A stretch of DNA of 64,000 nucleotides from Pirellulales bacterium (GTDB taxonomy: Bacteria > Planctomycetota > Planctomycetia > Pirellulales > JANQPP01): contig JANQPP010000026.1 in NCBI GenBank assembly GCA_028289405.1, positions 17,501 through 81,500 of the forward strand, in the 5' to 3' direction. The notes below the pieces were generated by a model. It did no database searches and was not told the DNA's origin. It saw nothing but the letters and a program-made list of their open reading frames with translations. This document shows positions 30,850 to 40,885 of this stretch, piece by piece. The translations under genes and the position numbers were made by a program. How positions within the stretch are numbered: position 1 is the stretch's first letter; each line of letters begins with the position of its first letter.

Positions 30850-31482
30850 CTAATCCCAGAATTGCCACCAATGCCGCTGCAACGGCTGTTTACCGCTGGA
30901 GAAGTCGGCCAGCTTGCGGCCATGCGCGTCGATGGCTCCGTTGCACCGTGCTCCCCGCATTTCCGCGATGGTCACGCGGGCTCCTTTCATGTTCGAACAC
31001 CGCAAGTCGGCCCCGGAAAGATTGGCGCCCGTGAGATCGGCGGCACGCAAGTCCGCGTTATACAAGACGGCGCGATGCAAATTCGCGCGCAACACGCACA
31101 TGGAAAGGTCCGCCTTGGTGAAATTGCAGTCGGTGAGATTCGCCCCCGTGACATCTCCATAGCGGAGAATCGCTTCGGCGAAATTGGCACGGGGCAGGTT
31201 CGCGTTGATCAACTTGGCGTCGGTGAGGTTCGCATGGCGAAAATCGACCTCATCGCAGAAGGCGCCATTGAAATAGCAGGCCTGCAAGTTGGCATCGGCG
31301 AGGCAAGTGCCACGGAGGTCGGCATGCCGCAGGTCGCTATTGGAGAGGTCAACCCCCTCGAGATTCAAACCCGCCATATCGGCACCGGCCAATTGCGAGC
31401 CCTGGAGTCTCGCGCCGTCGTTCGACTCAAAATCGACGACCACCAAGACGGCTTTGGTCTCTCGATGCTTGATTTTGAACAT
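30850..31482 (-). CDS. Pentapeptide repeat protein
   Basis: Long A(D/N)LxX pentapeptide run; C-terminal RHWWQFWD; start re-picked at MFKIKH. Confidence 0.9.
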   Translation of the reverse strand: MFKIKHRETKAVLVVVDFESNDGARLQGSQLAGADMAGLNLEGVDLSNSDLRHADLRGTCLADANLQACYFNGAFCDEVDFRHANLTDAKLINANLPRANFAEAILRYGDVTGANLTDCNFTKADLSMCVLRANLHRAVLYNADLRAADLTGANLSGADLRCSNMKGARVTIAEMRGARCNGAIDAHGRKLADFSSGKQPLQRHWWQFWD

Positions 31483-31973
31483 CCGCCACCACCTTCTTTG
31501 GGGCACCTGGCCCTTTCGGTCGCCTCCGGAGATGTGTGCCGCAGTTGGCGTTTCCGCCCGATTTGCATCTTGCGGAGCGATTCAGCGCGCCGCAAATTGC
31601 CATCGGGCGTATGGACCTGGCCAACGACTATTCGCCACACAGGACGGTTTATTTTCCGGAAACCGCCTCTGCCTCTCCTCGAACCGGTGGTTTGCTCTCC
31701 ATGCGGTTGCTCTGTTTGCGAAGCCCTCCTCTACGTGATCTGTTGACAGACCTTTACCGTAAGACTCCCCCCCGCCCTGGAGACGTCGTCTTTTCCGACG
31801 TCTGCCAAAGCGTCCCTCATTATAGCCATCCGCTGGATACCACGAACATAGATTTTGATGGAAAATTCTCCAGCAAATTGAGAGGACTTCCATGACCCGC
31901 GGGCGGTGCACATCGTGCGGCCGTAAAACCGGCGTGAAGTCCGCGGATCTCTCGACGCGGTCCAACCTCCACC

Positions 31974-32180
31974 TTACTGGTATTGATAGTTCGCGGGGCC
32001 AGGCATGACCGTGGGAGCATCATAGGGATTGGAGTACGTCGTGACCGGCGCGGGACCGACCGGTGGAGCGTTACAGGACGAAGCAGGCCCCCACGAGCAG
32101 CCTCCGGGCAGCCACCGACAGCCAGCCAGTCCTGTCGTAAGTACCACAATCCCCACAATCGCAAGTATTCGTCGCATCAT
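31974..32180 (-). CDS. Small Pro/Cys-rich lipoprotein (68 aa)
   Basis: 'MMRRILAIVGIVVLTTGLAG|C' lipobox; GAGGA Shine-Dalgarno upstream. Confidence 0.7.
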   Translation of the reverse strand: MMRRILAIVGIVVLTTGLAGCRWLPGGCSWGPASSCNAPPVGPAPVTTYSNPYDAPTVMPGPANYQYQ

Positions 32181-32505
32181 TGCATCCTCTCTTTGTTCCC
32201 GGGGTAGTGAGCGGGCTGCGAGAAGCACATGCACACGCCAGCCGGGCACCCAGCTTGAAACCGGTGTGCCCGAAAAACGTCGCGCGTGTTCCAACTTCTC
32301 GGACCGCTCGGAAAACATCGTCGCCGAGGATTGCATGTTCTCGGCAAGCAACTCTACCTCGCGGTCAATGATGTGCAAACGCGACGCGTCGCTTTTTTGG
32401 CACGGAATTTCCACTCCTTCCGACGCAAGCCGTGGAGGGCATGCTACACTTACCCTAAAAGCTGTTGTCAATTCACATCGTCACGTGTCGTTGAGATTCC
32501 GATTA

Positions 32506-33684
32506 ATGGGTACGACCCGCGAGACATGCGACGGAGCGGGGCGCCGTGTCGCAAGGCGCATAGGAGGTCAAGGATGGCTGTATTTCTTCATTTTCGGCCT
32601 CGGGTTGAGTATTTGTCTCCCGTATGTCTCGTTTGCCGCGCCGGTGGCGATTGAAAAATCTTCATCCGACCCGGCCGTCACGGCGAGCCAACCCCAGGAT
32701 CTTCCGGTTTTCCCCGAAATGGAAGAAACGGTGGAAGCGGTCACGCTGCCTACGTCCGTGGAAATCCCCGACGACGAAATCGACTTTTCCCTCATTGAAG
32801 ACCCTACTTGTCTGGATGAAGTCTGGCTGGTCAGCACGCGAGGAGTCGGCTGCCCGTCCTCCGTGGAAGAAGTGCTCCACCGGCTCCGTTGGTGGCGATA
32901 CCGCCAGGGCCACGGCTGGCGCAAAGCGAGCTGGGAAGAATTCCAAACGACGGCTGCCCCGGCTTCGTTTCCTTTGACGACCTCTTTTTTTGTTCACGGA
33001 AACCGCATCTCTTCCGGAGCGGCGAAATCGGGCGGACTCGCCACCTACCGTAGGCTTACCGGTTGTTCGCGGCCACTCCCCGTGCGATTCGTGATTTGGT
33101 CTTGGCCCAGCGACCAGCAAGGTGGTCCGATCCGAGATGCTCGCGCCAAGGCCAGCCGTTCGGACGTGGATGCCTATCTCATGGCCTGCTGCCTTTCGCG
33201 AATGGCCTCGCCGGAGGAAATTTCCCTCAGCGGCTATAGCTTCGGAGGCCGGATTATCACGGGCGCGCTGCACTTGCTGGGCGGAGGGAGCTTGTGCGGA
33301 CGCCACGTGGAGTATATTGGCCCCGCTGGTTACCAGGTTGTGCTTCTCGCGCCGGCATTAAATAACGACTGGCTGCTGCCGGGCCGCCGTCACGGGCAAG
33401 CCGCCCAAATGACACAGAGGCTTCTGGTCATGTTCAACCCGCGCGATTGGGTGCTCAAACGCTACCACGTTCTTTCGCGGGGCGGACGGCCACGGGCACT
33501 CGGTTTCACCGGACTTGCGGGCCGAAGTCGCTTGGAATCAGCGGGCGTGGAGGTGCGACAGGTGAATACGAGCGGTGTCGTGGGAAAACAGCACGATCTC
33601 CAGCGCTACCTGTCCTCTTCGAGACTCGTCGGCATGTGGCGGGATTTCTCCTTCCCACGCATTATGGTGGAGACCGCGCCCTAG
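32506..33684 (+). CDS. Alpha/beta hydrolase (DUF900-like)
   Basis: 'FFVHGNR', 'WSWPS', nucleophile elbow 'GYSFG', 'LLAPA', 'RDWVL', C-terminal His 'QHDL'; start re-picked. Confidence 0.78.
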   Translation: MGTTRETCDGAGRRVARRIGGQGWLYFFIFGLGLSICLPYVSFAAPVAIEKSSSDPAVTASQPQDLPVFPEMEETVEAVTLPTSVEIPDDEIDFSLIEDPTCLDEVWLVSTRGVGCPSSVEEVLHRLRWWRYRQGHGWRKASWEEFQTTAAPASFPLTTSFFVHGNRISSGAAKSGGLATYRRLTGCSRPLPVRFVIWSWPSDQQGGPIRDARAKASRSDVDAYLMACCLSRMASPEEISLSGYSFGGRIITGALHLLGGGSLCGRHVEYIGPAGYQVVLLAPALNNDWLLPGRRHGQAAQMTQRLLVMFNPRDWVLKRYHVLSRGGRPRALGFTGLAGRSRLESAGVEVRQVNTSGVVGKQHDLQRYLSSSRLVGMWRDFSFPRIMVETAP

Positions 33685-33731
33685 CCATAACCTTGGCGAA
33701 CCGGGCCTTTCGCGATGACTTGGCATTTGTG

Positions 33732-34658
33732 ATGGCCACCATGCAGCCTTGTGCCTGGCGAAACGGAGAGTTCATTCCCTCCGCCGAGCGACTGTCCATT
33801 CCCGTGTATGACGCGGGTTTCATATTGGGCGTCACCGTCACCGAGCAAGTTCGCACCTTTCGCGGCGAACCGTACCGGCTGGAAGAGCGCCTGGCGCGGC
33901 TCAGGAACGGCTTGCGAATCGTCGGCCTGGAGATCCCCTTTACGGAGACGGACTTGGCGGAAGCGGCCCGCGAATTGGCGCGACGGAACCACGCACTGCT
34001 CGATCCGGACGACGATTTGGGGCTGGCGATCTTCGTCACGCCGGGCGCGTATGCCACGCTGGCTCCGCATGCGGTGGATGTGAATCCGCTGGTGGCGATG
34101 CATACGTATCCTCTGCCGTTCGGGCTGTGGCACAAAACCTACACGCAGGGGCAGACGCTAGTGACCACGAGCGTGCAGCAAGTGCCCGAGTTGTGCTGGC
34201 CCCGGCATCTCAAGTGCCGTAGCCGCATGCACTACTATCTGGCCGACCGCCAAGCCCGCGAAACCGATCCCCGCGCCCGGGCGCTGCTGCTCGATGCGGA
34301 TGGCTGCGTCACGGAGACCTCCACGTCCAACATCCTGGTCTACAGTGAAGAGATCGGTTTTCGTGTGCCACCTTCCGAACGCGTGCTGCCGGGTGTCAGC
34401 CAGCAGGCTTTGCGGGAAATTATCGAGGAACTCGGGCACCAAGTGACAGAGCACGATTTGACGCCCGCCGACGTCGCCGCGTCGGACGAAGTACTCCTCA
34501 CGAGTACGCCAAGCTGTTTGCTCCCTGTCACGCGACTGAATGACTCAACGATCGGCGCTGGCCAACCCGGGCCCCTTTTTCAGCGGTTGCTGACCGCCTG
34601 GAGCGAGAAAGTCGACGTCGATATTCGCGGTCAAGCGGAGCGGTTCGCGGCACGCTGA
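33732..34658 (+). CDS. Class IV PLP aminotransferase (branched-chain/ADC-lyase family)
   Basis: 'WRNGEF', 'D.GF..G..V.E..RT', PLP lysine 'HLKCRS', 'TETSTSN', 'VLPGVS', 'DEVLLTST'. Confidence 0.88.
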   Translation: MATMQPCAWRNGEFIPSAERLSIPVYDAGFILGVTVTEQVRTFRGEPYRLEERLARLRNGLRIVGLEIPFTETDLAEAARELARRNHALLDPDDDLGLAIFVTPGAYATLAPHAVDVNPLVAMHTYPLPFGLWHKTYTQGQTLVTTSVQQVPELCWPRHLKCRSRMHYYLADRQARETDPRARALLLDADGCVTETSTSNILVYSEEIGFRVPPSERVLPGVSQQALREIIEELGHQVTEHDLTPADVAASDEVLLTSTPSCLLPVTRLNDSTIGAGQPGPLFQRLLTAWSEKVDVDIRGQAERFAAR

Positions 34659-34707
34659 ACAGCAAGCCGGGACCAGCCTGGTCACGCCAATCACCGCCGG
34701 CCCCACA

Positions 34708-35421
34708 TCAGCAGGTCACGGACCGCCGGCTGCGCATGGCCGCAAGCGCCAGCAGTCCCATTCCCGCGAGCACAAAGGTCCCCGGCTCCGGCACGGCAAC
34801 GTTGTGGAGGAAAACGTGATCCAGCACCAATTCGCCAGCGAAGGCAAAAAAGGGCAAGTCCACTTCATTGCCATCGGCGATGGTGCCTTGCAGCCTAACC
34901 CCAAACTGGTCAGAGCCTTCAAACAGAGGAATTTTTTGCAGAATCAAGTCCTGACCAAAGACATGCAACGTGACGTTAAGTCCATCTTGCAGGGAAAACT
35001 TTAGTCCATCAGCGAAAGTGCCTCCCGAGAGAACGATCGTGCCGCCGTTATTAGGCGGAATGTCTCGAGTGAAATGCCCGCCGGAAATGTTGAATCTACC
35101 GCCGCTTCTGAAAGGGCTGATCGGTTCTGATGGGCCAAATCCAAAGTCACCAATGATGCCTCCTTGAATATCCACAATGCCGAAATCGGTGATACCAATA
35201 GCGCCAACTTCGGCGCCGTCTACTACGGTTAAGCGGGGGGGATCCAAGAATGATACCCCACCGTCCAAGATGAATCTGTCTTCGGGCGCGGAGTTGGTAC
35301 CATCGAGTATGAGGCGGTCGCCATCAACCAACGTAATGGTCTCGGCCTTGGCATTTGACATGGTACAGCCAATCACAATCATCGCGAATATTCTTCCAAT
35401 ACGGCATTTCATACGGCACAT
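34708..35421 (-). CDS. PEP-CTERM sorting-domain protein
   Basis: C-terminal 'VPEPGTFVLAGMGLLALAAMRSRR'; signal peptide ending 'NAKA|E'; Gly-rich beta repeats. Confidence 0.88.
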   Translation of the reverse strand: MCRMKCRIGRIFAMIVIGCTMSNAKAETITLVDGDRLILDGTNSAPEDRFILDGGVSFLDPPRLTVVDGAEVGAIGITDFGIVDIQGGIIGDFGFGPSEPISPFRSGGRFNISGGHFTRDIPPNNGGTIVLSGGTFADGLKFSLQDGLNVTLHVFGQDLILQKIPLFEGSDQFGVRLQGTIADGNEVDLPFFAFAGELVLDHVFLHNVAVPEPGTFVLAGMGLLALAAMRSRRSVTC

Positions 35422-35520
35422 GGTTGAACCCTTTCTGTATCGACAAAATAGGGCGCGTCGCGAGTCTGCCAACACAGGCCCACAACACGCCCCAGAAATG
35501 GAATGTGAAGAAAATGGTCG

Positions 35521-36495
35521 CTACTGGTAGATCACTTGCATGCTCTCTTGCCCGCCAGTGATCGTGGCGATCGCCTGCTGAATGTCGCTGATGTACATGA
35601 AGACCGTCGCATCGAACGTAGAAGCTTTCAAAGAACTGACGCCGGTGACGGGGTCATTGTTGCAGTCTTGGCCCGTCCCCAGAGTATGCACACCAACGAG
35701 TGCGAGCACATTTCCTCCAGGCGTGGCAACGGTGGCAAACGATGGACCTCCAGAGTCTCCTTCTTTTACTACGCATTCGTCGTCCCGGATGCTCTGGGAA
35801 AAAGTCGGATGGTCCTTGCGCATCACGTATGACATCTTAGGCTTTATGCCGAATCCGTCGTTGTCGAAACGAGCCATTCGATTACGTCCCAAACGCATAC
35901 TCTTTCGCCAGTCCTGATCAGGAGCCGCGAAGTCGTGGTTGCCCCACATGAAAATCGGACGGCCAAAATAACGGTCAGGGTCGGGATTCACGCCGCCGCT
36001 GTCGGTGAGTACCAGCACCGGATACGTGGGAATCCCCTGCGGAGTCACTGGCGCATCGAGTTGGACCAGAGCCAAGTCGGAACCGGCTGCACCGATCTCG
36101 TGAGCCAGGCCGTAGGGATCGGGCGGGAAATTTTCCCCCCCACCAGTTCGGATAATTCACATGGAAAGGCCCGACCTGCGTGGCGTTGGGGCCGTGCCCT
36201 GTGTGAAACCAGACTTCCTTGCCTGGATCGGGTCTCTGGTGATTGGCCGTGATGCCAATCGTGGGCGTCAGCATCGTGACCCAAAACCTGTGGTCGTGTG
36301 CACGTCCCACGCCGGACCAGTCCCAGCCGGCGCCAATGAATTGGCTACAAGCGGTGCCGCCACCGCAGTCATGAAAGCGGTAGTGTTTGGCGGGATCGTA
36401 TTTCTCCGCGCGTCTGTCGTGAACAGCAAACCCGCGCCTACACACACAGAAAATACGGCCTGCGACGGGAATCGGGACAACAAGGAACGTTTCAT
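35521..36495 (-). pseudogene. Trypsin-like (S1) secreted serine protease, disrupted by two frameshifts (real or assembly error); paralog of 43577-44527
   Basis: Shine-Dalgarno plus ATG 36495 signal peptide (frame A); middle 'YDPAKHYRF...ITANH' (frame B); C-part 'SDLALVQL...GDSGGP' (frame A). All segments align with the intact paralog. Confidence 0.8.
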
Positions 36496-36655
36496 CGTAC
36501 TCTCCTCCTAGATAGAGCAAGACGAAAACCAGCGGAGGCGTCTCCGGTGGCATACGTGCCTCCACCCCTCACGCTAGTAAGACGTGAGCGCTCTGTCCAG
36601 CAGTTTGCGCGGATTTCCCGCGCGGATGTCTGAGGCAACGGTACTGGGGGTCCAA

Positions 36656-36684
36656 GCACTGCTGGGCAAGCCAGCAGTGGCACC
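36656..36684. repeat. REP-like palindrome GCACTGCTGG-GCAAG-CCAGCAGTGGCACC
   Basis: Perfect 9-bp stem CACTGCTGG/CCAGCAGTG in intergenic DNA. Resembles palindromes I recall from planctomycete genomes (unverified); single copy in this window. Confidence 0.5.
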
Positions 36685-36769
36685 GAGCGTGGGGTTCTGC
36701 AAGCCAACGGTTCCACGGTCGTGGGGGTGAAAAACAACACGAAAGTGCTGGTTCACAAATCGATCGATT

Positions 36770-38980
36770 TCACTCAGACGCAGCGGGCAGCGTAAGCCGC
36801 CAGCAGCGATGCACGCGGCGATTGCGAAAATCGTCGGGCACGGTCTGCCGGCTGATTTCTCGGGCCTGATAGATTTCCTCCACGGCTGGATCCAAACGAA
36901 AGCGGCGAAAGTTGGAGGAGAAGAACACAATCGCGTCCGGCGCGAGATGGGGCCGTAGTCGCCGCAACAGTTCCGCGTGGTCCCGTTGCACGTCCCAATC
37001 GGTGGCGCGGTCCTTGCTGTTGGAATAGGTCGGCGGATCGACCACGGCCAGACCAAACTTCTGGCCGGCGGGCGGCTGGTGCAGGAAATCCCAGACGTCG
37101 TCTCTCACGAATTGATGCCGCGAGCCCTGGATGCCGTTCAACTCCAGGTTTTCGCGTGCCCAGTCGAGATACGTGGCCGAAGCATCGACGGAGGTCGTGG
37201 AGAGCGCTCCGCCGTTTGCTGCGTAGACAGTAAAGGCTCCCGTGTAGCAGAACAGGTTGAGAACATGCCGCCCGGCGGCCTGCTGGCGGACCATGTCCCG
37301 CGTAATGCGGTGATCGAGAAAGAGTCCCGTGTCGATGTAGTCGGAGAGGTTAACGCGGAATCGCAGCCCACCTTCCGACACTGTGAACATCTTCTTCGCC
37401 TGATCCAATTGCGCGTGCTGCCGGTTGCCGCGTTGCCGCTCACGGCTTTTGACGAAGACGTGTTCGGGCTGAATGCCGAGCACCTGGCCCGCCGTGTCCG
37501 CCATCAGGTCGAGCCAATCCGCGTGCTGGGCCGCCGTGTGTTCGTGCGGCCGCTCGTACTCCGTGATGTGCAGACAGTCTTCATATCGATCCACGACCAG
37601 CGGAACCTCGGGGATATCCCGGTCATACAGCCGGTAACAGGTGATGCCGAACTTGGTGGGCCAGCGCCGCAGGTGCTTCGCTCGTTTTTGAAGCCGCCGC
37701 TGAAAGAGCTCGGCCTGCTCCCGGGATCGCCTCACCAATCCGCCGAAGGCCGGTGTCCGCTCGCGTTTCGCGGGCATGGCTTCCGTGGTGGCGTTTTGAT
37801 GATTCTCGTTTGGCTCGTCGCTTTGATCTTTCGTGGCTTCGGCTCGTGAAGAAGGAGGCGGCCCGAAGAATTGATAATAAGTACAAGGAATCCTGCCGTT
37901 GTAGAGTTTTCTCCTGCGGTCGGCGGGCTGCCCGGCCAAGGTTTCAAAATCGGGATGGGAGGTAAGGATATAGTGCGACCAGGTGGGAAAACGTCGCAAG
38001 ACCTGCGGGATGGAGCGATACAAAGCGCCCACGTCGGAGGCGGTTCCTAGTCGCTCGCCGTACGGTGGGTTGCCGATCAGACATCCCCATTCCTGTTCCG
38101 GCTCGGAATCGGCGAAAGCTCGGCGACGGAAGCGGACCAACTTCGTTACCCCTGCCCGCTCGGCATGCTGGCGGGCCATCCGCAGGCCGCGCTCATCGAT
38201 GTCGCAGCCTTCGATGGATGTTGCCTCATCCTTTCGCAGCAGGTCCCACGCTTCCGCGCGGGCCTCCTTCCAGATCGCCCCAGGGCAGGTCGGCCACTGT
38301 TCGGCGGTGAACTCGCGTTTCAATCCCGGCGCGCGGCTTGCCGCGATCAAAGCCGCTTCGATGGGAATCGTGCCGGTTCCACAAAACGGATCCAGCAGGG
38401 GGCGCTCGGGCTGCCAATAACTGAGCAGCACCAAACCCGCAGCCAGCGTCTCCCGCAAGGGAGCGGGACCGGTCAATGGGCGGTAGCCTCGCTTGTGCAA
38501 ACCGGCGCCGGTCGTATCAAGTGTCAAAGTAGCTTGATCCTTGAGCAGCGCCACTTCCACGCGAAAGTGCGGACCGTCCTCGGGCAACGTCTCCACGTGG
38601 TGCGCGGCGAGCAGCCTTTCCACGATCGCTTTTTTCACGATCCGCTGGCAGGCGGGCACGCTCGAGAGCTGCGAGCGGACCGATCTTCCCTGCACGGGAA
38701 AACTGGCATCGGCTGGCAACCAGTCTTCCCAGGGGAGCGCCCTCACGCCATCGAAAAGCTGCCCGAAATCGTTGGCCGCGAACGTGTCCAAGTGAATCAG
38801 TACCCGTTCGGCGGTGCGGAGCCACAGATTCGCGCGGGCAATCGCCGAGAAGTCGCCCATGAAGGCGACTTTCCCCGGTTGGAATTGTTGGGGCGCGTAG
38901 CCCAACTCCTTCAATTCACGCGCCACCACCGACTCCAGGCCAAACATGGCCGTGGCCAGCAGCCGGATCGGTTCTTCCAT
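36770..38980 (-). CDS. rlmKL: Bifunctional 23S rRNA m2G2445/m7G2069 methyltransferase RlmKL
   Basis: THUMP, 'LHKRGYR', 'APLRETLAA', 'DPFCGTGT', 'NPPYGER'; second domain 'YRLYDRDIPE', 'DTGLFLDHR', 'LNLFCYTG', 'DPPTYSNSK'. Confidence 0.95.
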   Translation of the reverse strand: MEEPIRLLATAMFGLESVVARELKELGYAPQQFQPGKVAFMGDFSAIARANLWLRTAERVLIHLDTFAANDFGQLFDGVRALPWEDWLPADASFPVQGRSVRSQLSSVPACQRIVKKAIVERLLAAHHVETLPEDGPHFRVEVALLKDQATLTLDTTGAGLHKRGYRPLTGPAPLRETLAAGLVLLSYWQPERPLLDPFCGTGTIPIEAALIAASRAPGLKREFTAEQWPTCPGAIWKEARAEAWDLLRKDEATSIEGCDIDERGLRMARQHAERAGVTKLVRFRRRAFADSEPEQEWGCLIGNPPYGERLGTASDVGALYRSIPQVLRRFPTWSHYILTSHPDFETLAGQPADRRRKLYNGRIPCTYYQFFGPPPSSRAEATKDQSDEPNENHQNATTEAMPAKRERTPAFGGLVRRSREQAELFQRRLQKRAKHLRRWPTKFGITCYRLYDRDIPEVPLVVDRYEDCLHITEYERPHEHTAAQHADWLDLMADTAGQVLGIQPEHVFVKSRERQRGNRQHAQLDQAKKMFTVSEGGLRFRVNLSDYIDTGLFLDHRITRDMVRQQAAGRHVLNLFCYTGAFTVYAANGGALSTTSVDASATYLDWARENLELNGIQGSRHQFVRDDVWDFLHQPPAGQKFGLAVVDPPTYSNSKDRATDWDVQRDHAELLRRLRPHLAPDAIVFFSSNFRRFRLDPAVEEIYQAREISRQTVPDDFRNRRVHRCWRLTLPAASE

Positions 38981-39192
38981 CAAAGCTCCTCAAGACCGCG
39001 CGCGAAACACTGGGGCCGCACACCTTACTACCCAATCGGACAAGGTGAACTCTTCTCAGCGGCTATTTTCCATCGTACGATAGTTGACGCGCCGATGAAT
39101 GTGGAGCCGTCCTGTGCTTTCACACGAAAATCGCGCGCATGAACTTTCGCCCGCTTTCATTTCCCAACCATCGAATGATGGAGGTTTCCCCC

Positions 39193-40869
39193 ATGTCCCG
39201 CCCCGCCATCTGGTGCTGCCTTCTTTCTTTCGCTTGGCTCACCTGCCCAGAAGCTTCCACCACTGCCCGAGAGAGCGACCGGCCCGCCGCGAATTCCGAG
39301 CAATCCACGGTCTTCACTTGGGATCTACGTACGACCGAAGAGGTCGCCCCGGAGTCGGGACGTTTTCACCAGGTCGAGCGGACGGAGATCTGGCTCCCCT
39401 CGAAAACGGCGTTCATCGTGTGCGACATGTGGGACCTACATCATTGCCTCAACGCCACACGTCGCGTGGGCGAGTTGGCCCCGCGCATGAACCGCGTGTT
39501 GAATGAAGCCCGCCGCCGCGGCGCGACAATCATTCATTCCCCCAGCAGTTGCATGGACGCCTACGCCGATCATCCTGCCCGTCGGCATGCGCAAGAAACA
39601 CCCCGGGTGGACAACTTGCCACCGGAAATCGGAAGTTGGTGCCACTCGATTCCCGCTGAGGAGCAGGGAGTCTACCCGATCGACCAATCAGATGGCGGCG
39701 AAGATGATGACTTGCGAGAACACGAGCAATGGGCCAAGCAACTCACAGCCATGGGGCGAAATCCTGGCGCGCCGTGGAAAACACAGACGTCGCTGTTGGA
39801 TATTCATGATGAGGACTTCATCAGTGACGACGGCGAGGAAGTCTGGAGCATCCTCGAGCAGCGCGGCATCAACAATGTCGTGCTGGTGGGCGTGCACACG
39901 AACATGTGCGTGCTAGGCCGCCCGTTTGGCTTGCGGCAAATGGCACGCAACGGAAAGAATGTGGTGCTGATGCGGGACATGACGGACACGATGTACAACC
40001 CGGCCATGCCCCCCTTCGTGAGCCACTTTACCGGCACCGACTTGATCGTAGAGCACATCGAGAAATATGTCTGCCCCACGGTGACCAGCGACCAAATTCT
40101 GGGGGGGGAGCCCTTCCGCTTCCGGAATGATACACGGCCCCACCTGGTGATCGTGATGGCGGAAAAGGAATACCACACGGCAGAGACGCTTCCCGCCTTC
40201 GCGAAGGCAAGATTGGGGAAGGAATTCCGCGTGAGTTATGTGTACGAGGATCCGGACAACCGCAATACACTACCCGGCATCGAGGTCCTGGACGAAGCGG
40301 ACGTGGCGCTGATCAGCGTCCGTCGCCGCCACTTGCCGCCGGAGCAGATGGAAGTGGTCCGCCAGTTCGTACATGCGGGGAAGCCGGTGGTTGGCATCCG
40401 CACGGCCAATCATGCCTTCTGCCTGCGGAACTCAGGACCTGAAGCGGGTCTAACGGATTGGCGGGACTGGGATCCTTATGTCTTTGGCGGCCACTACACG
40501 AACCATCACGGTGATGGCCCGGATGTGGACGTGCGAGTTTCCCCGGAAGCGGCTGAGCATCCGATTTTGACGGGAGTGGACGTCGAGTCGCTCCGAGGCA
40601 AGGGTTCACTCTATCAAGTGAATCCCCTCTCCTCCTCGACCTTCACATTGCTCACGGGCACCATTCCGGGAAAGCCGACCGAGCCGCTCGCTTGGACGAA
40701 CATCACTCCCGATGGTGGGCCTAGCTTCTATACTTCCTTGGGACACGTCGGCGATTTTGAACAGCCGGAGTTTCAAGACCTGTTGCACAACGCTCTGCGT
40801 TGGGCGGCGGGAATTCCGATTTCAGCGCGGCAGGCCGACGAAGGAGAGGAACTGGCCGCCGCTCCCTAG
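39193..40869 (+). CDS. Secreted isochorismatase-family hydrolase fused to a ThuA-like domain
   Basis: 'VCDMWD', 'GVHTNMCV' (catalytic Cys); ThuA-like 'GKPVVGIRTANHAF', 'FYTSLGH'; signal peptide. Confidence 0.85.
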   Translation: MSRPAIWCCLLSFAWLTCPEASTTARESDRPAANSEQSTVFTWDLRTTEEVAPESGRFHQVERTEIWLPSKTAFIVCDMWDLHHCLNATRRVGELAPRMNRVLNEARRRGATIIHSPSSCMDAYADHPARRHAQETPRVDNLPPEIGSWCHSIPAEEQGVYPIDQSDGGEDDDLREHEQWAKQLTAMGRNPGAPWKTQTSLLDIHDEDFISDDGEEVWSILEQRGINNVVLVGVHTNMCVLGRPFGLRQMARNGKNVVLMRDMTDTMYNPAMPPFVSHFTGTDLIVEHIEKYVCPTVTSDQILGGEPFRFRNDTRPHLVIVMAEKEYHTAETLPAFAKARLGKEFRVSYVYEDPDNRNTLPGIEVLDEADVALISVRRRHLPPEQMEVVRQFVHAGKPVVGIRTANHAFCLRNSGPEAGLTDWRDWDPYVFGGHYTNHHGDGPDVDVRVSPEAAEHPILTGVDVESLRGKGSLYQVNPLSSSTFTLLTGTIPGKPTEPLAWTNITPDGGPSFYTSLGHVGDFEQPEFQDLLHNALRWAAGIPISARQADEGEELAAAP

Positions 40870-40885
40870 CCAGCTTCAGGAGATC

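Noticed and set aside
30862-31746. 294-aa repetitive + strand ORF
   Set aside because: Antisense of the pentapeptide-repeat gene.
32029-32505. Long N-terminal extension of the hydrolase ORF
   Set aside because: Overlaps the opposite-strand lipoprotein and its promoter region; a later start gives a plausible signal/TM segment.
36128-36141. G-GGA-AAA slippery heptamer (minus strand) as a programmed -1 frameshift
   Set aside because: Restoring the protease here needs a +1 shift, not -1, and an upstream shift is also required.
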